Below, one piece after another: positions 1 to 10,535 of a stretch of 64,000 bases of DNA (positions within the stretch are counted from its first letter, which is position 1; each line of letters opens with the position of its first letter). Under the pieces are notes generated by a model, which worked only from the letters and a program-made list of their open reading frames with translations, did no database searches and was not told where the DNA came from. The position numbers were made by a program, and so were the translations under genes. Location of the stretch: positions 186,001 through 250,000 of the forward strand of contig NIVC01001671.1 in the NCBI GenBank assembly GCA_002269645.1, in the 5' to 3' direction. Source of the DNA: Macrostomum lignano. Its lineage: Eukaryota.

Positions 1-124
1 CAATTATCATCTCTAAATCTCAATTATCATCTCTAGATCTCAATTATCATCTATAGATCTCAATTATCATCTCTAGATCTCAGTTATCATCTCTAGATCT
101 CAGTTATCATCTCTAGATCTCATA
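1..124. repeat. 20-bp minisatellite CAATTATCATCTCTAGATCT (truncated by window start)
   Basis: About 6 tandem copies visible. Confidence 0.9.
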
Positions 125-169
125 TCTAGTGCCCAATTCAACCCAAAACCCATTTTCGCACATCCTCAG

Positions 170-214
170 GACGAGAAGAATCAGATTCTATTCTCAAACA
201 TTTGGCTCGACCTG
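170..214 (+). CDS. nAChR 45-bp exon (equivalent to CHRNA7 exon 3)
   Basis: cctcag|GACGAG...GACCTG|gtaagt; encodes [15 protein letters not shown]. Confidence 0.93.
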
Positions 215-3200
215 GTAAGTGGATAAAATTTTATTTGAGCAACTTGGACTTTGTTATCTTTTAATATGCATTTTATTGGCTGTATTAATTAATCAGTAAA
301 GTGATTTACTGGCTTGCCACTTTTGGCTTGGAAATAGTCGATAATTTTGAACTGAGACACATCCAGACAGACTGAGACATCTAGACAGACACTGAGACAC
401 ACCCAGACAGACAATGAGACACACCCAGACAGACACTGAGACGTACACCCAGACAGACACTGAGACACACCCAGACAGACACTGAGACACACCCAGACAG
501 ACACTGAGACACACCCAGACAGACACTGAGACGTACACCCAGACAGACACTGAGACACACCCAAACAGAAACTGAGACACACTCAGACACAGAGACACAC
601 CCAGACAGACACTGAGACACACCCAGACAGGCACGGAGACACATCCAAACAGAAACGGAGACACACCCAGACAGACACTGAGACACATCCAAACAGAAAC
701 TGAGACACATCCAAACAGAAACTGCATGAGACACACCCAGACAGACAATGAGACACACCCAGACAGACACTGAGACACACCCAGACAGGCACGGAGACAC
801 ATCCAAACAGAAACGGAGACACACCCAGACAGACACTGAGACACACCCAGACAGACACTGAGACACATCCAAACAGAAACTGAGACACATCCAAACAGAA
901 ACTGCATGAGACACATCCAGACAGACTGAGACACACCCAGACAGACACTGAGACACACCCAGACAGACACTGAGACACACCCAGACAGACACTGAGACAC
1001 ACCCAGACAGACACTGGGACACACAAAGACAGACACCGAGACACATCCAGACAGATTGAGACACACCCAGACAGACACGGAGACAACCCAGACAGACACT
1101 GGGACACACAAAGACAGACACCGAGACACATCCAGACAGACTGAGACACACCCAGACAGACACGGAGACAACCCAGACAGACACTGGGACACACAAAGAC
1201 AGACAAGTAGACCAACATCGTTTTAAAACTTGTTAAATACGAGCGTATACTGTCGGAAAATGGCACCAATTTAAACCGTCAACGCGTGTTGCAACATTTA
1301 TTATAACAAAACAAACATTATTTCCATTCAGACTTGGAGCGATTATCACTTCATGTGGGACCCAGCAGACTACGGGAACATCACCAAGATTAACATCGAC
1401 CCAAGCAAGGTGTGGAAACCCGACATTTTGTTGTACAACAGGTTGGTTTATCTGACAGCTTTTTTGTCAAATTGTGATTTTTTGGAACAGCTAGTTAAAA
1501 TATCATGCATAGAAGTTGACGTAAATGTCATCCCTAGAAATCAATGAGAAGCCTTTTCCTAGAAATAAATGAGAATCTCATTCCTAGAAATCAAATAGAA
1601 TCTTATTCCTAGAAATCAATTAAAATCCTTTTACAAAAAATCAGTTAGAACCTTTTTAAGAAATTAAGAAGAATTTTTTCTACAAATAAATGAGAATCGC
1701 ATCGCTAGAAATCAAAGAGAATCTGATTCCTATAAATTAAATAGAATCTCATACCAATAAATCAATGAGAATCTTTTTCCTAGAAATCAAAGAGAATTTT
1801 TTTAAGAAATGAAATAGAATCTTCCTAGCCATCAATGAGAATCTCATTCTTAAAAATCAATGAGAATATTTTTTCCTAGAAATCAATTAGAATTATTTTC
1901 CTAGAAATCAATTAGAATCTTTTTCCTAGAAATCAATTAGAATTATTTTCCTAGAAATCAATTAGAATTATTTTCCTAGAAATCAATTAGAATTATTTTC
2001 CTAGAAATCAATTAGAATTATTTTCCTAGAAATCAATTAGGATCTTTTTCCTAGAAATCAATGAGAATCTCATTCCTAGAAATCAATTAGAATTATTTTC
2101 CTAGAAATAAATTAGGATCTTTTTCCTAGAAATCAATGAGAATCTCATTCCTAGAAATCAATGAGAATCTCATTCCTAGAAATCAATGAGAATCTCATTC
2201 CTAGAAATCAATGAGAATCTCATTCCTAGAAATCAATTAGAATTATTTTCCTAGAAATAAATTAGGATCTTTTTCCTAGAAATCAATTAGAATCTTTTTC
2301 CTAGAAATCAAAAAGAATTTTTTCAAGAAATGAAATAGAATCTTCCTAGCCATCAATGAGAATCCAATCATTCTTAGAAATCAATGAGAATATTTTTCCT
2401 AGAAATCAATTAGAATTATTTTCCTAGAAATCAATTAGAATTATTTTCCTAGAAATCAATTAGGATCTTTTTCCTAGAAATCAATTAGAATCTCATTCCT
2501 AGAAATCAAAGAAAATGTCATTCCTGGAAATCAATTACGAGCTAGAATATTTTTCCTAGAAATCAATACGAATATTTTTCCTAGAAATCAATACGAATAT
2601 TTTTCCTAGAAATCAATACGAATATTTTTCCTAGAAATCAATACGAATATTTTTCCTAGAAATCAATACGAATATTTTTCCTAGAAATCAATACGAATAT
2701 TTTTCCTAGAAATCAATTAGAATCTTCTTTTTAGAAATCAATGAGAATCTCATTCCTAGAAATCAATTAGAATTTCACCCTGAGATGAGTTGGTATCGCA
2801 CCTCTACGAGATATTAGGCATAATAAAGAGTATCTCTGGATTTTGCAGAATATATCCGATATTTCAGCTCTAAAAGTTCACGAGCCAGAAGGCAAGAATA
2901 ATTAGAGGATAATTATCCCTCTTGGATTCCCAGCGCGGACGAGAAGTTCGACGGCACATTTCCGACGAATGTGGTCATAAATCACTACGGCAGCATGAAC
3001 TACATCCCGCCTGGCATGTTCAAGTCCACCTGCAAAATTGACATCACCTGGTTTCCGTTCGATACTCAGAAATGCGAGTTGAAGTTCGGCTCCTGGACTT
3101 ATGATGGGGGCACCGTGGATTTGCGGTTCAAGTGCGACGACCCCAACCTGGACACGACCGAGAAAATCCTGAAGGACCCGAAAAACTGTTCGGAGAAAGG

Positions 3201-6200
3201 GTCTGGCGACATATCGACTTATGTTGAGAGTGGCGAGTGGAACCTGGAAGGTATGCAAAACTTGATAAGATTGTAATAGAGATTCACAATAGAGATTGTG
3301 AAAGATTGTAATAATCTATTGACAGCGAATGCTATTTCCCTTGATTAATTTGTAGTTTGATTGTACGCTTTGATAATTTATTGATTTGTTATTTAATTCA
3401 TTAATTGATTGATAGATCTGATTGATTGATTGATCTGTTTGATTGATTGATCTGATTGATTGATTGATCTGATTGATTGATTGATTTGATTGATTGATCT
3501 GATTGATTGATAGATCTGATTGATTGATTGATCTGATTGATTGATTGATCTGATTGATTGATTGATTTGATTGATTGATTGATCTGATTGATTGATTGAT
3601 CTGATTGATTGATAGATCTGATTGATTGATTTATTTGATTGATTGATCTGATTGATTGATAGATCTGATTGATTGATTGATCTGATTGATTGATTGATCT
3701 GATTGATTGATTGATCTGATTGATTGATTGATCTGATTGATTGATTGATCTGATTGATTGATTGATCTGATTGATTGATTGATCTGATTGATTGATTGAT
3801 TTGATTGATTGATTGATCTGATTGATTGATTGATCTGATTGATTGATAGATCTGATTGATTGATTGATTTGATTGATTGATTAATTGATTGATTGACCGA
3901 CTGACTATTCATTGGTTGAATGAAATGTCACATTTACAATATTTTCTTAGTTCAACGATCTTTTATCAGACTTTAATATGGTTATAATCATTTAATTGAA
4001 CTGCATATTCGGCAGTGAATAATCGGTAATTGGTTTAATCTCAAAGTGTTGAAATCTCAGAATCAGTTTTATTGCCGAAAAATCCAGGCATTTTTTAATG
4101 TTCGCCCAGCCAGAAAAATTTTTGACTCGTCCAACTTGCACGCAGGTTTACCGGGAGTGCGGACCAGCATCCTATACGACTGCTGCCCCCTTCCATATAT
4201 CGATCTGAAATTCTACCTGCTAATCCGCAGGCGCAAGCTTTATTACGTATTCAATTTAATTGGCCCCTGTTCGTTTCTGTCCTCGCTAGCCCTGCTCAGC
4301 TTCATCATACCGCCGGATGCTGGGGAAAAAGTCAGCTTCGGTAAAACAAAAATTTCGTTTTGAGGTCACGTGGCATTGATTGATAGGTTAGCGATTCTTG
4401 GAAAGGACGGATGGCTGAAAAATATGGGAAAATCTTGGGTCTCCTGAATCTCAGGTCTCCTGAATCTCAGGTCTCCTGAATCTCAGGTCTCCTGAATCTC
4501 AGGTCTCCTGAATCTCAGGTCTCCTGAATCTCAGATCTCCTGAATCTCAGGTCTCCTGAATCTCAGGTCTCCTAAATCTCAGGTCTCCTGAATCTCAGGT
4601 CTCCTGAATCTCAGGTCTCCTGAATCTCAGGTCTCCTGAATCTCAGGTCTCCTGAATCTCAGGTCTCCTGAATCTCAGGTCTCCTGAATCTCAGGTCTCC
4701 TGAATCTCAGGTCTCCTGAATCTCAGGTCTCCTGAATCTCAGGTCTCCTGAATCTCAGGTCTCCTGAATCTCAGGTCTCCTGAATCTCAGGTTATCGTTT
4801 AACCGTTGCTTAAAATTGACGACCAATTCTCGCACAAAATGCAACTTTAAGCGCCTAGCGTAAAAAGCATTGCAAAGTTCATTTTGTACTTAATAAACCG
4901 GCAAACACGCTTAAAACCTTTAAGAGCACTCACTACATATTTTTAATTGAAAATGTGCGCTCGTAAATAACGCGCAAAAATCAAAGCCGGAAAATGTTAA
5001 CCTGTTTTGTCAGGCATGCCTGGCGTTAGAACGGCTCTTCTTTACGACTGCTGCCCGTTCCCGTTCATCGATCTGAAGTACTGGATCAACATCCGCCGAC
5101 GGACTTTGTACTATGGGTTTAATCTCATAATCCCCTGCGTGTTAATCTCCTCCATGGCGCTACTCACCTTCATGCTGCCACCGGATGCAGGAGAGAAGAT
5201 ATCGTTGGGTGAGTTTTTTGTTTAAATTTTTTGTTTATTGGTTTAAATTTATAACTTTCGGAATGATTTAGACATAGTTAAAGTTTATTTTTTTGAAGTT
5301 GTATGTAGAGAATGCAGGGAGAGTAAAGGGACATACAGGGAGATCAAAGCGAAATGCAGGGAGAGTGAAGGGAAATGCAGGGAGAGTGAAGGGAAATGCA
5401 GGGAGATCAAAGGGAAATGCAGGGAGATCAAAGGGAAATGAAGGGAGAGTGAAGGGAAATGCAGGGAGAGTGAAGGGAAATGCAGGGAGAGTGAAGGGGA
5501 ATGCAGGGAGATCAAAGGGAAATGCAGGGAGATCAAAGGGAAATGCAGGGAGATCAAAGGGAAATGCAGGGAGATGAAAAGGAAATGCAGGGAAAGTCGA
5601 AAGGAATTGCATACCTATTTCAGAAAGAAGATCCAATAATGCGCAATGAATTCTTGAAAAATCACATTTTTCAGGTCAGGGCCACTCTATAAAAAAATTC
5701 GAGTTTTAAGTGCTTCTTCGATTTCTTATGCTAAGCACCTCGCAGAGCTATTAGAAAATTTCCATTTGCAAAAGAGCAGCAGCCATCTGTATTAAACTCG
5801 CAAACCGATTGGCGCAACATTTTCATACATGAACACGCAAAATATTGCTACACACTGATATTGCGCAATCTATGGAATTTCACAATAAATTTACGATAAA
5901 AAACATTTAAATGCACACATACGCGCCCAGCCTACTGAATAAGAGTAGCACTGCAATAATCTCTAATTAAATAATTAATAATCCTAAATTGATTTAGGAA
6001 AAATTTATCTGTTAGACACACGAGTCTGACCTGTTATGTAACAAATCCATTTTGTTAGACAGATATGGAACATATTAGATAAATTATGTAAGTCTTTTAG
6101 ACAGGGAAGGAACATGTTCGATAAATTATTTTAGTCTGTTAGACATTGAAGAAACATGTTAGATAAATTAGTCTGTTAGACAGTGAAGGAACATGTTAGA

Positions 6201-9200
6201 TAAATTAGTCTGTTAGACAGTGAAGGAACATGTTAGATAAATTATGTTAGTCTGTTAGACAGTGAAGGAACATGTTAGATAAATTATGTTAGTCTGTTAG
6301 ACAGTGAAGGGACATGTTAGATAAATTATGTTAGTCTGTTAGACAGTGAAGGAACGTGTTAGATAAATTATGTTAGTCTGTTAGACATTGAAGAAACATG
6401 TTAGATAAATTAGTCTGTTAGACAGTGAAGGAACATGTTAGATAAATTATGTTAGTTTGTTAGACAGTGAAGGAACATGTTAGATAAATTATGTTAGTCT
6501 GTTAGACAGTGAAGGAACATGTTAGATAAATTATGTTAGTCTGTTAGACAGTGAAGGGACATGTTAGATAAATTATGTTAGTCTGTTAGACAGTGAAGGA
6601 ACATGTTAGATAAATTATGTTAGTCTGTTAGACAGTGAAGGAACATGTTAGATAAATTATGTTAGTCTGTTAGACAGTGAAGGGACATGTTAGATAAATT
6701 ATGTTAGTCTGTTAGACAGTGAAGGAACGTGTTAGATAAATTATGTTAGTCTGTTAGACATTGAAGAAACATGTTAGATAAATTAGTCTGTTAGACAGTG
6801 AAGGGACATGTTAGATAAATTATGTTAGTTTGTTAGACAGTAAAGGAACATGTTAGATAAATTATGTTAGTCTGTTATACAGTAAAGGAACATGTTAGAT
6901 AAATTATGTTAGTCTGTTAGACAGTGAAGGAACATGTTAGATAAATTATGTTAGTCTGTTAGACAGTAAAGGAACATGTTAGATAAATTATGTTAGTCTG
7001 TTAGACAGTGAAGGGACATGTTAGATAAATTATGTTAGTCTGTTAGACAGTGAAGGGACATGTTAGATAAATTATGTTAGTCTGTTAGACAGTGAAGGAA
7101 CATGTTAGATAAATTGATAGTCTGTTAGACAGAATTCGAACATTAGATGAATTCTGGTACAGCTGTTAGACAGAATTCGAACATTAGATGAATTCTGTTA
7201 CAGCTGTTAGACTTGGTTCTAACACCTCATTATTAACAAGCAACTGATCGGTAAAATATGATTTATGAATTTTACTTGGCGCAGGCGTCACCATCCTGCT
7301 CTCCCTGACCATGTTTTTGCTGCTTGTGGCTGACGCAATGCCGCAAACTTCGGAAGCGCTGCCGCTTATTGGTGAGGGCGCTTTTTTCCTACTTTTAGTA
7401 GCATAATTCAGGTAATATGCTATTGAAAATTTGTTTCGTTTTGTGTACGTCGGTTTTTTGGCATGATTCTTAATAATTTTTGTGTGAATTCACTACGGTC
7501 TGTATAGATAGATTATACTAAAACTTTATTTTTGTTTACACAATTTCTCATTTTGGTCTGAAATTTTAGTTTGCGTCCGTCAGTCTGTCAGATTCTCAAA
7601 CTAAAACTAAACAATAATTTCCAATCGACAAATTTAAAATGCCCATCCAAACTTTCCAAGAGACTTGCTTCAGAAAAAAGTAAAAATAAATTAATCAATA
7701 AGACTGTAATTATATTATTCTTACTAACAGTATTGATACAGTAGCTATAATATTATTTGATAATTTTATTTAGGTGTCACAATTCTTCTATCGCTAACGG
7801 TATTTCTAATGATGGTTGCTGAGGCAATGCCGCCCACGTCAGACTCTGTGCCTGTGATAGGTGAGCTGCGAGATACTATACTTACTACTAAGTAGTAGGC
7901 GGGTAAAATTTACGATATCCACGCTTTTCGGTGCCCTATACATAATAAAAAAGTAATCTAATAACAGTATAAAAACGCAATTAAGAAAATGAAATTTTTC
8001 TTTTCCTAATAAAAGCAGTATCGATTTTGTTAAACAGGTAAGTTTCTTTAATTTTGAAAAATCCGTTTGATAAAATTGAATTTGCTGTATCCTACATACA
8101 AGGCTGCACTTTAGCAGCTAAGAAGCCTTAAATTTGGTAAAGATGAAATCCATTAACAATGCTACAATGTAGTTTTGATTGAAATTATGAAAAATGATAA
8201 ATCTATTTTAGCATTGATTTCTCAAGAAATTTACTCCAGACAAAAATTTACCTAAAACGAGTTACCTTAAGTAAAGAAGTCCTGCAAAGCACTTAATTGT
8301 TAAACTATAGGATTTCGCTTTCTATTTCTGTGTCTAATTGTAATTTATGATAACAATGATTTTTCTAATCAATTTTTGTTTTCCAATCAATTTTTTAAGT
8401 ATTTTTTTCAGAAGTTGTAGAAATTTTTTCTGGTAAACTTTCAGGCATGTACTTTGCCTGCACCATGATCATGTGCAGTCTATCAGTGGTGTTCACCGTG
8501 ATTGTGCTCAACTACCATCACAGAGATGCCGAATCGCATCCAATTCCTAATTGGGTAAGAGTTTAAAGCGAATTTTGACTTCTTAAATACTATAGATTAT
8601 CTAATGTTTTAGAGATAATCTCATGAGATGGATTCAGCGATAATCTCATGATATGAATTTAGCGATAATCTCATGAGATGGATTCAGCAATAATCTCATG
8701 AGATGGATTTAGACATAATCTCCTGGGATGGATTCAGCGATAATCTCATGATATGAATTCAGATAATCTCATTCCAATAGATTTAGCGATAGCCTACAGA
8801 AGATTTCGACACAAACTAACAACTCCAAAACTCCCGTCGCCATGGCAACCAGGTGCGCCAGTTCATCTGCACCTACCTGGCCAGCATTCTTTGCATGCGC
8901 CGCATGCGCCGGGACACGGACTCGGAGCCGATCCGGATGAGGCGTCGCCGAACTCGCGGCGCCACCGGCGGAGGCAAACTGGGCACTTTCCGGGCCAGCG
9001 CATCCGCCGGCTCCGGCTTCGGCACAGAGCACCACAGGGAGCTGCTGGCGGATCACCACCAGCAGCAGGGAGGTGAGGGCGGAGATCGGATCGGAGAGGC
9101 GGAATAATCTCATGATAATCAGAGATATTCTCACCATACGAGTCGACACATTCTCACCATAAGAATAATGAATAATCTCATCTAAACAAAGGATAATCTC

Positions 9201-10030
9201 ACCATAGGAATTAGGGATAATCTCACCATAAGAAAAGCGAATTATCATACCATAAGAGTCTGGGATAATGTATGATTAAGGATAGTCTCATCATAGAGAT
9301 CATTGATAATCTTACCATAAGAATCAAAGATAATCTCACAAGAATCAGGGAAAATCTCACCAGAAGAATCAGAGATAATCTCACCATAAGAATCGAGGAT
9401 AATCTCACTACACGAATCAAGGATAATCTCATTAAAAAATCGAGGATAATCTCATAATAAGGATCTGGGATAATCTCACCATAAGAATCGAGCAGAATAT
9501 CATCAAAAGAACCAAAGATAATATCACCATAAAAATCAATGATAATCTCACTATAAGAATCGAGGATAATCTCACCATGAGAGTCGAGGATAATCTCACC
9601 ATGAGAGTCGAGGATAATCTCACCATGAGAGTCGAGGATAATCTCATGCTGCCACGCCTCCCCAGGGCCAGCCTCGATGGAGCTGCGCGAACGCTCTTCA
9701 AAGTCGCTGCTGGCGAACGTGCTGGACCTGGAGGACAATTTTCGAGCATCCGCTGCCCAGGCCGCTGCGTCGAGGGCGCCACCGGTGTACGATGAGGTTC
9801 AGCAGCAGCAGCCGCCCTGCAGCGTGCGTTCCGAGCTCGCCGCCATCGTTCACGAACTTCGAATCGTCACGCAGAAAATCTCCGATGATGTGGCGGACGG
9901 AGAAGTCAGCAGCGAGTGGAAATTCGCGGCCAGAGTGGTGGACAGACTCTGCCTCATCCTGTTCTCCTGCTTCACCATCATCTCGACATGCGCGATTCTG
10001 TTCTCTGCTCCGGATGTGTTTAAGGGATAA
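170..10030 (+). CDS. Nicotinic acetylcholine receptor alpha subunit, alpha7/insect alpha5-7-like; 5' exons lie upstream of the window. Exons: 170-214, 1332-1441, 2934-3250, [4146-4340 or 5014-5208], [7285-7371 or 7774-7860], 8445-8554, 8853-9072, 9666-10030
   Basis: Spliced translation gives [15 protein letters not shown] / [21 protein letters not shown] / Cys-loop [15 protein letters not shown], loop B SWTY, loop C YDCC, GEK before TM2, TM3 [25 protein letters not shown], the [16 protein letters not shown] motif and TM4 [13 protein letters not shown]. All junctions are GT-AG with compatible phases. Exon sizes 45, 110, 195, 87 and 110 match the CHRNA7 exon sizes as I recall them. Confidence 0.96.
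352..1204. repeat. ~22-bp minisatellite GAGACACACCCAGACAGACACT (nAChR intron)
   Basis: Tandem copies; source of the [10 protein letters not shown] ORFs. Confidence 0.92.
1332..1441 (+). CDS. nAChR 110-bp exon (exon 4 equivalent, loop A)
   Basis: attcag|ACTTGG...AACAG|gttggt; encodes [36 protein letters not shown]. Confidence 0.93.
1540..2775. repeat. ~26-27-bp AT-rich minisatellite TTTTCCTAGAAATCAATTAGAAT.. (nAChR intron)
   Basis: Tandem copies with degenerate edges. Confidence 0.9.
2934..3250 (+). CDS. nAChR exon with Cys-loop, loop B and extended loop F (exons 5+6 equivalent)
   Basis: cccag|CGCGGAC...CTGGAAG|gtatgc; 317 bp; phase 2 in, phase 1 out. Confidence 0.94.
3400..3912. repeat. 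(GATT)n / GATTGATTGATCT microsatellite
   Basis: Direct inspection. Confidence 0.92.
4146..4340 (+). CDS. nAChR alternative exon 7a (loop C + TM1 + M1-M2 loop)
   Basis: cgcag|GTTTA...AGCTTCG|gtaaaa; 195 bp, phase 1-1, open; [23 protein letters not shown]...[10 protein letters not shown]. Confidence 0.88.
4439..4790. repeat. 16-bp minisatellite GTCTCCTGAATCTCAG between exons 7a and 7b
   Basis: About 22 near-perfect copies; each unit contains the CCTGA-ATC-TCAGG inverted repeat. Confidence 0.95.
5014..5208 (+). CDS. nAChR alternative exon 7b (loop C + TM1 + M1-M2 loop)
   Basis: tgtcag|GCATG...TCGTTGG|gtgagt; 195 bp, phase 1-1, open; [23 protein letters not shown]...[10 protein letters not shown]. 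Confidence 0.92.
5310..5598. repeat. 21-bp purine-rich minisatellite GAAATGCAGGGAGATCAAAGG
   Basis: Tandem copies. Confidence 0.9.
6050..7212. repeat. 42-bp minisatellite GTTAGACAGTGAAGGAACATGTTAGATAAATTATGTTAGTCT
   Basis: Tandem copies with 37-bp deletion variants. Confidence 0.93.
7285..7371 (+). CDS. nAChR alternative exon 8a (TM2 + M2-M3 loop)
   Basis: gcgcag|GCGTC...CTTATTG|gtgagg; 87 bp, phase 1-1; [29 protein letters not shown]. Too short to appear in the ORF track. Confidence 0.88.
7774..7860 (+). CDS. nAChR alternative exon 8b (TM2 + M2-M3 loop)
   Basis: atttag|GTGTC...GTGATAG|gtgagc; 87 bp, phase 1-1; [29 protein letters not shown]. Confidence 0.9.
8445..8554 (+). CDS. nAChR TM3 exon (exon 9 equivalent)
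   Basis: tttcag|GCATG...AATTGG|gtaaga; 110 bp; [37 protein letters not shown]. Confidence 0.93.
8610..8790. repeat. 25-bp minisatellite GATAATCTCATGAGATGGATTCAGC
   Basis: Tandem copies. Confidence 0.85.
8836..8849. promoter_or_regulatory. RFX X-box-like palindrome GTCGCCATGGCAAC in an nAChR intron
   Basis: Matches the GTNRCC-N0-3-RGYAAC consensus; function not demonstrated. Confidence 0.35.
8853..9072 (+). CDS. nAChR intracellular loop exon
   Basis: aaccag|GTGCGC...GGAG|gtgagg; [17 protein letters not shown]...; phase 0 in, phase 1 out. Confidence 0.85.
9105..9647. repeat. ~24-bp degenerate minisatellite GATAATCTCACCATAAGAATCGAG
   Basis: Tandem copies. Confidence 0.85.
9666..10030 (+). 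CDS. nAChR terminal exon (MA helix, TM4, stop)
   Basis: ccccag|GGCCAGCCTCGATG...; [19 protein letters not shown]...[38 protein letters not shown]. Confidence 0.93.
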
Positions 10031-10037
10031 ATAAATT

Positions 10038-10535
10038 GATCCCCAATCTGACTCACCTAGTTCCCCAATCTGATTCTCCCAGATCCCCAATCTGATTCTC
10101 CCAGATCCCCAATCTGATTCTCCCAGATCCCCAATCTGATTCTCCCAGATCCCCAATCTGATTCTCTCAGATCCCCAATCTGATTCCCTCGGATCCCCAA
10201 TCTGATTCTCCGTGATACCCAATCTGATTCCCTCAGATCCCCAATCTGATTCTCCCAGATCCCCAATCTAATTCTCCCAGATCCCCAATCTGATTCCCTC
10301 AGATCCCCAATCCAATTCCCCAGCTCCCCAATCTGATTCCCTCAGATCCCCAATCTGATTCTCCCAGATCCCCAATCTGATTCTCCCAGATCCCCAATCT
10401 GATTCTCTCAGATCCCCAATCTAATTCTCCCAGATCCCCAATCTGATTCCCCCAGCTCCCTAATCTAATTCCCTCGGATCCCCAATCTGATCTTCCCAGA
10501 TCCTCAATCTGATTCTCCCAGATCCCCAATTGATT
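10038..10535. repeat. 22-bp minisatellite CAGATCCCCAATCTGATTCTCC beginning just after the nAChR stop codon
   Basis: Tandem copies. Confidence 0.92.

Noticed and set aside
289-1269. Cys/Val/Ser-rich ORFs (also at 23.0-23.7 kb and 40.4-40.9 kb)
   Set aside because: Artefacts of ACAG-type repeats.
4046-5225. Two nAChR-like ORFs read as two separate receptor genes or a pseudogene fragment
   Set aside because: Only one set of flanking exons exists, and both copies have intact splice sites and matching phase; better explained as alternative exons.
6050-7212. Regular 32-42-bp repeats resembling CRISPR arrays (also 20222-21135)
   Set aside because: Units are head-to-tail with no unique spacers, there are no cas genes, and the context is eukaryotic introns.
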